Shown here: one piece after another, positions 63,201 to 64,000 of the stretch
Layout: each line of letters starts with the position of its first letter
How positions within the stretch are numbered: the first letter of the stretch is position 1
DNA from: Balanoglossus misakiensis
Taxonomy: Eukaryota > Animalia > Hemichordata
NCBI GenBank assembly: GCA_040954595.2
Contig: CM082596.2
Coordinates: 5,468,791-5,532,790, forward strand
Length of the DNA: 64,000 nucleotides
Direction of reading: 5' to 3'
The notes under the pieces: generated by a model
The model's input: the letters and a program-made list of their open reading frames with translations, nothing else
Told to the model about the DNA's origin: nothing
The model's database searches: none
Translations under genes and position numbers: made by a program

Positions 63201-64000
63201 TATATGCATCATGGGTTCTAACTAACTGAGACAGGTGACTTTACAAAAGCCAATTAGTGATTTAATACAGTCCCTGTGTCACGTTCTTGAAAAAAATCTG
63301 ACAACTTACGACAATCTGCCGGTTCATCCGAACCATCCCCACAGTCATCCTCCAGGTCACACTTCCACCAGAACGGAATGCATTTGTCATTGTTGCAGAC
63401 GAACTGACTGGCTGTGCAGTTGGAAAGACAGGTGCGTTGGTCGGCAGCCAGGTAGAAGTGATCGGGGCAGGCACAGGTGCGCGTTCCCCCAGGTGCTAGT
63501 AAACAGAGGTTACTGCACCCACCATTGTCTTTGCATGGACTCCTCGGCACTGCAGAGAAATCCAAATCAGTGTCAGCGTGATCAAAAATTATACCTTTCA
63601 CCCCCATTTCTCTGCATAGTGGTCCAACCTACTATTAGGAAACAATGGGTTTGGACTGAACCATGGCAGTCGAGGGGTTAAATTTTACGGCAGGTCTCAT
63701 GATTTCATAATGTGGTGATGCTTTAAGTCCTTTTTCTTAGGATTCCGAACATGCTTTCAGGTTAAAGGTAAACGCGGTCTCCATTAATGCGAAGTTTATC
63801 ACTGTCATCATGAAAATTCAAATACATGTAGTCAATCTGAATGCCAGAACGGAGTAATGGCATCTATATTTTTGCGTTGCACTTACTTGGTGGCTGACGC
63901 AACGGGTGATAGACATGGACATCCATCGGTCGGTGGACTGTGGTGATCAGAGTGGTGCGATTTTCGCCGGTGAATTTGTGAGCGCGGTGGATGGAACGGG
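51239..64000 (-). CDS. LRP1: Low-density lipoprotein receptor-related protein 1 (LRP1/LRP1B family), 3' part; gene continues beyond the window
   Basis: 27 GT-AG exons: 64000-63887, 63549-63310, 62995-62759, 62417-62295, 62022-61657, 61296-61174, 61013-60885, 60746-60636, 60456-60322, 60199-60059, 59595-59473, 59333-59080, 58686-58508, 58344-58121, 57916-57743, 56970-56851, 56354-56282, 56023-55814, 55423-55221, 55008-54885, 54663-54529, 54218-54114, 53795-53670, 53460-53378, 53252-53165, 52828-52678, 51451-51239. They encode 11 LDLa repeats (cluster IV), 2 EGFs, a YWTD propeller with furin site RRRKKR, an EGF stalk and a TM helix. The tail NVEIGNPTF...[13 protein letters not shown] resembles vertebrate LRP1 NVEIGNPTY...PTNFTNPVYATLY. 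Confidence 0.95.
51900..52037 (-). CDS. Candidate alternative terminal exon of the LRP1 cytoplasmic tail (45 aa, ends ...EGKDFEV*)
   Basis: Acceptor tttttccaatcag. The phase-0 frame matches the donor at 52678 and reads [48 protein letters not shown]. Confidence 0.4.
   Translation of the reverse strand, partial: LFEAVNYNENTPMTTSMEVSQSQYSETTPITTASLDETEGKDFEV
57090..57557. mobile_element. Composite non-autonomous element in an LRP1 intron: ~260 bp TIR-bounded module followed by a ~200 bp hairpin
   Basis: The inverted pair ttataatatacctcatgctaa (~57095) / ttagcatgaggtttattataa (~57335) is followed by a palindrome at ~57351-57554 centred on ccgaggccgcaggccgagg. ttctataga occurs on both flanks. 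Confidence 0.68.
62537..62736. repeat. Local tandem duplication (~107 bp period) in an LRP1 intron
   Basis: tagcatgggagtaaaatactg(t/a)aaacattacaaagctaagat...ataggtaggtctt occurs twice. Confidence 0.8.
63589..63681 (+). mobile_element. Same piggyBac-like MITE family, copy 5, in an LRP1 intron
   Basis: cctttcacccccatttc...ggtccaacc...aaacaatgggtttggactgaaccatgg...ggggttaa. Confidence 0.62.

Noticed and set aside
51239-64000. Assignment as LRP2/megalin or specifically LRP1B
   Set aside because: The multi-EGF stalk, furin site and tail motifs fit LRP1 rather than LRP2. The LRP1/LRP1B split is vertebrate-specific, and 11 cluster-IV repeats match LRP1.

Overview
AT-rich, intron-containing eukaryotic DNA from an animal, most likely an invertebrate deuterostome-type genome (amphioxus/hemichordate-like; inferred from protein similarity and repeat style, not proven). 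Four protein-coding genes are supported. (1) An LRRNT-LRR-LRRCT type I membrane protein with one coding exon (+, 975-2228). (2) A ~31.5 kb, 12-exon minus-strand gene that the ORF track shows only in fragments. It assembles with consistent GT-AG intron phases into a ~564 aa coiled-coil + single CAP-Gly protein of unfamiliar architecture, with a candidate alternative first exon giving an N-myristoylation motif. (3) A C2H2 protein with seven N-terminal fingers plus a C-terminal Ikaros/Hunchback-type dimerisation finger pair (-, 44692-46740). (4) The last 27 exons of an LRP1-family receptor (-, 51239 to beyond 64000), with an expanded EGF stalk, NPTF in place of the first NPxY, and a candidate alternative cytoplasmic exon. 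Introns and intergenic DNA hold several short foldback/MITE families, a 9-unit minisatellite and microsatellites. No rRNA, tRNA or CRISPR array was seen. All splice models were read by eye and need transcript confirmation.
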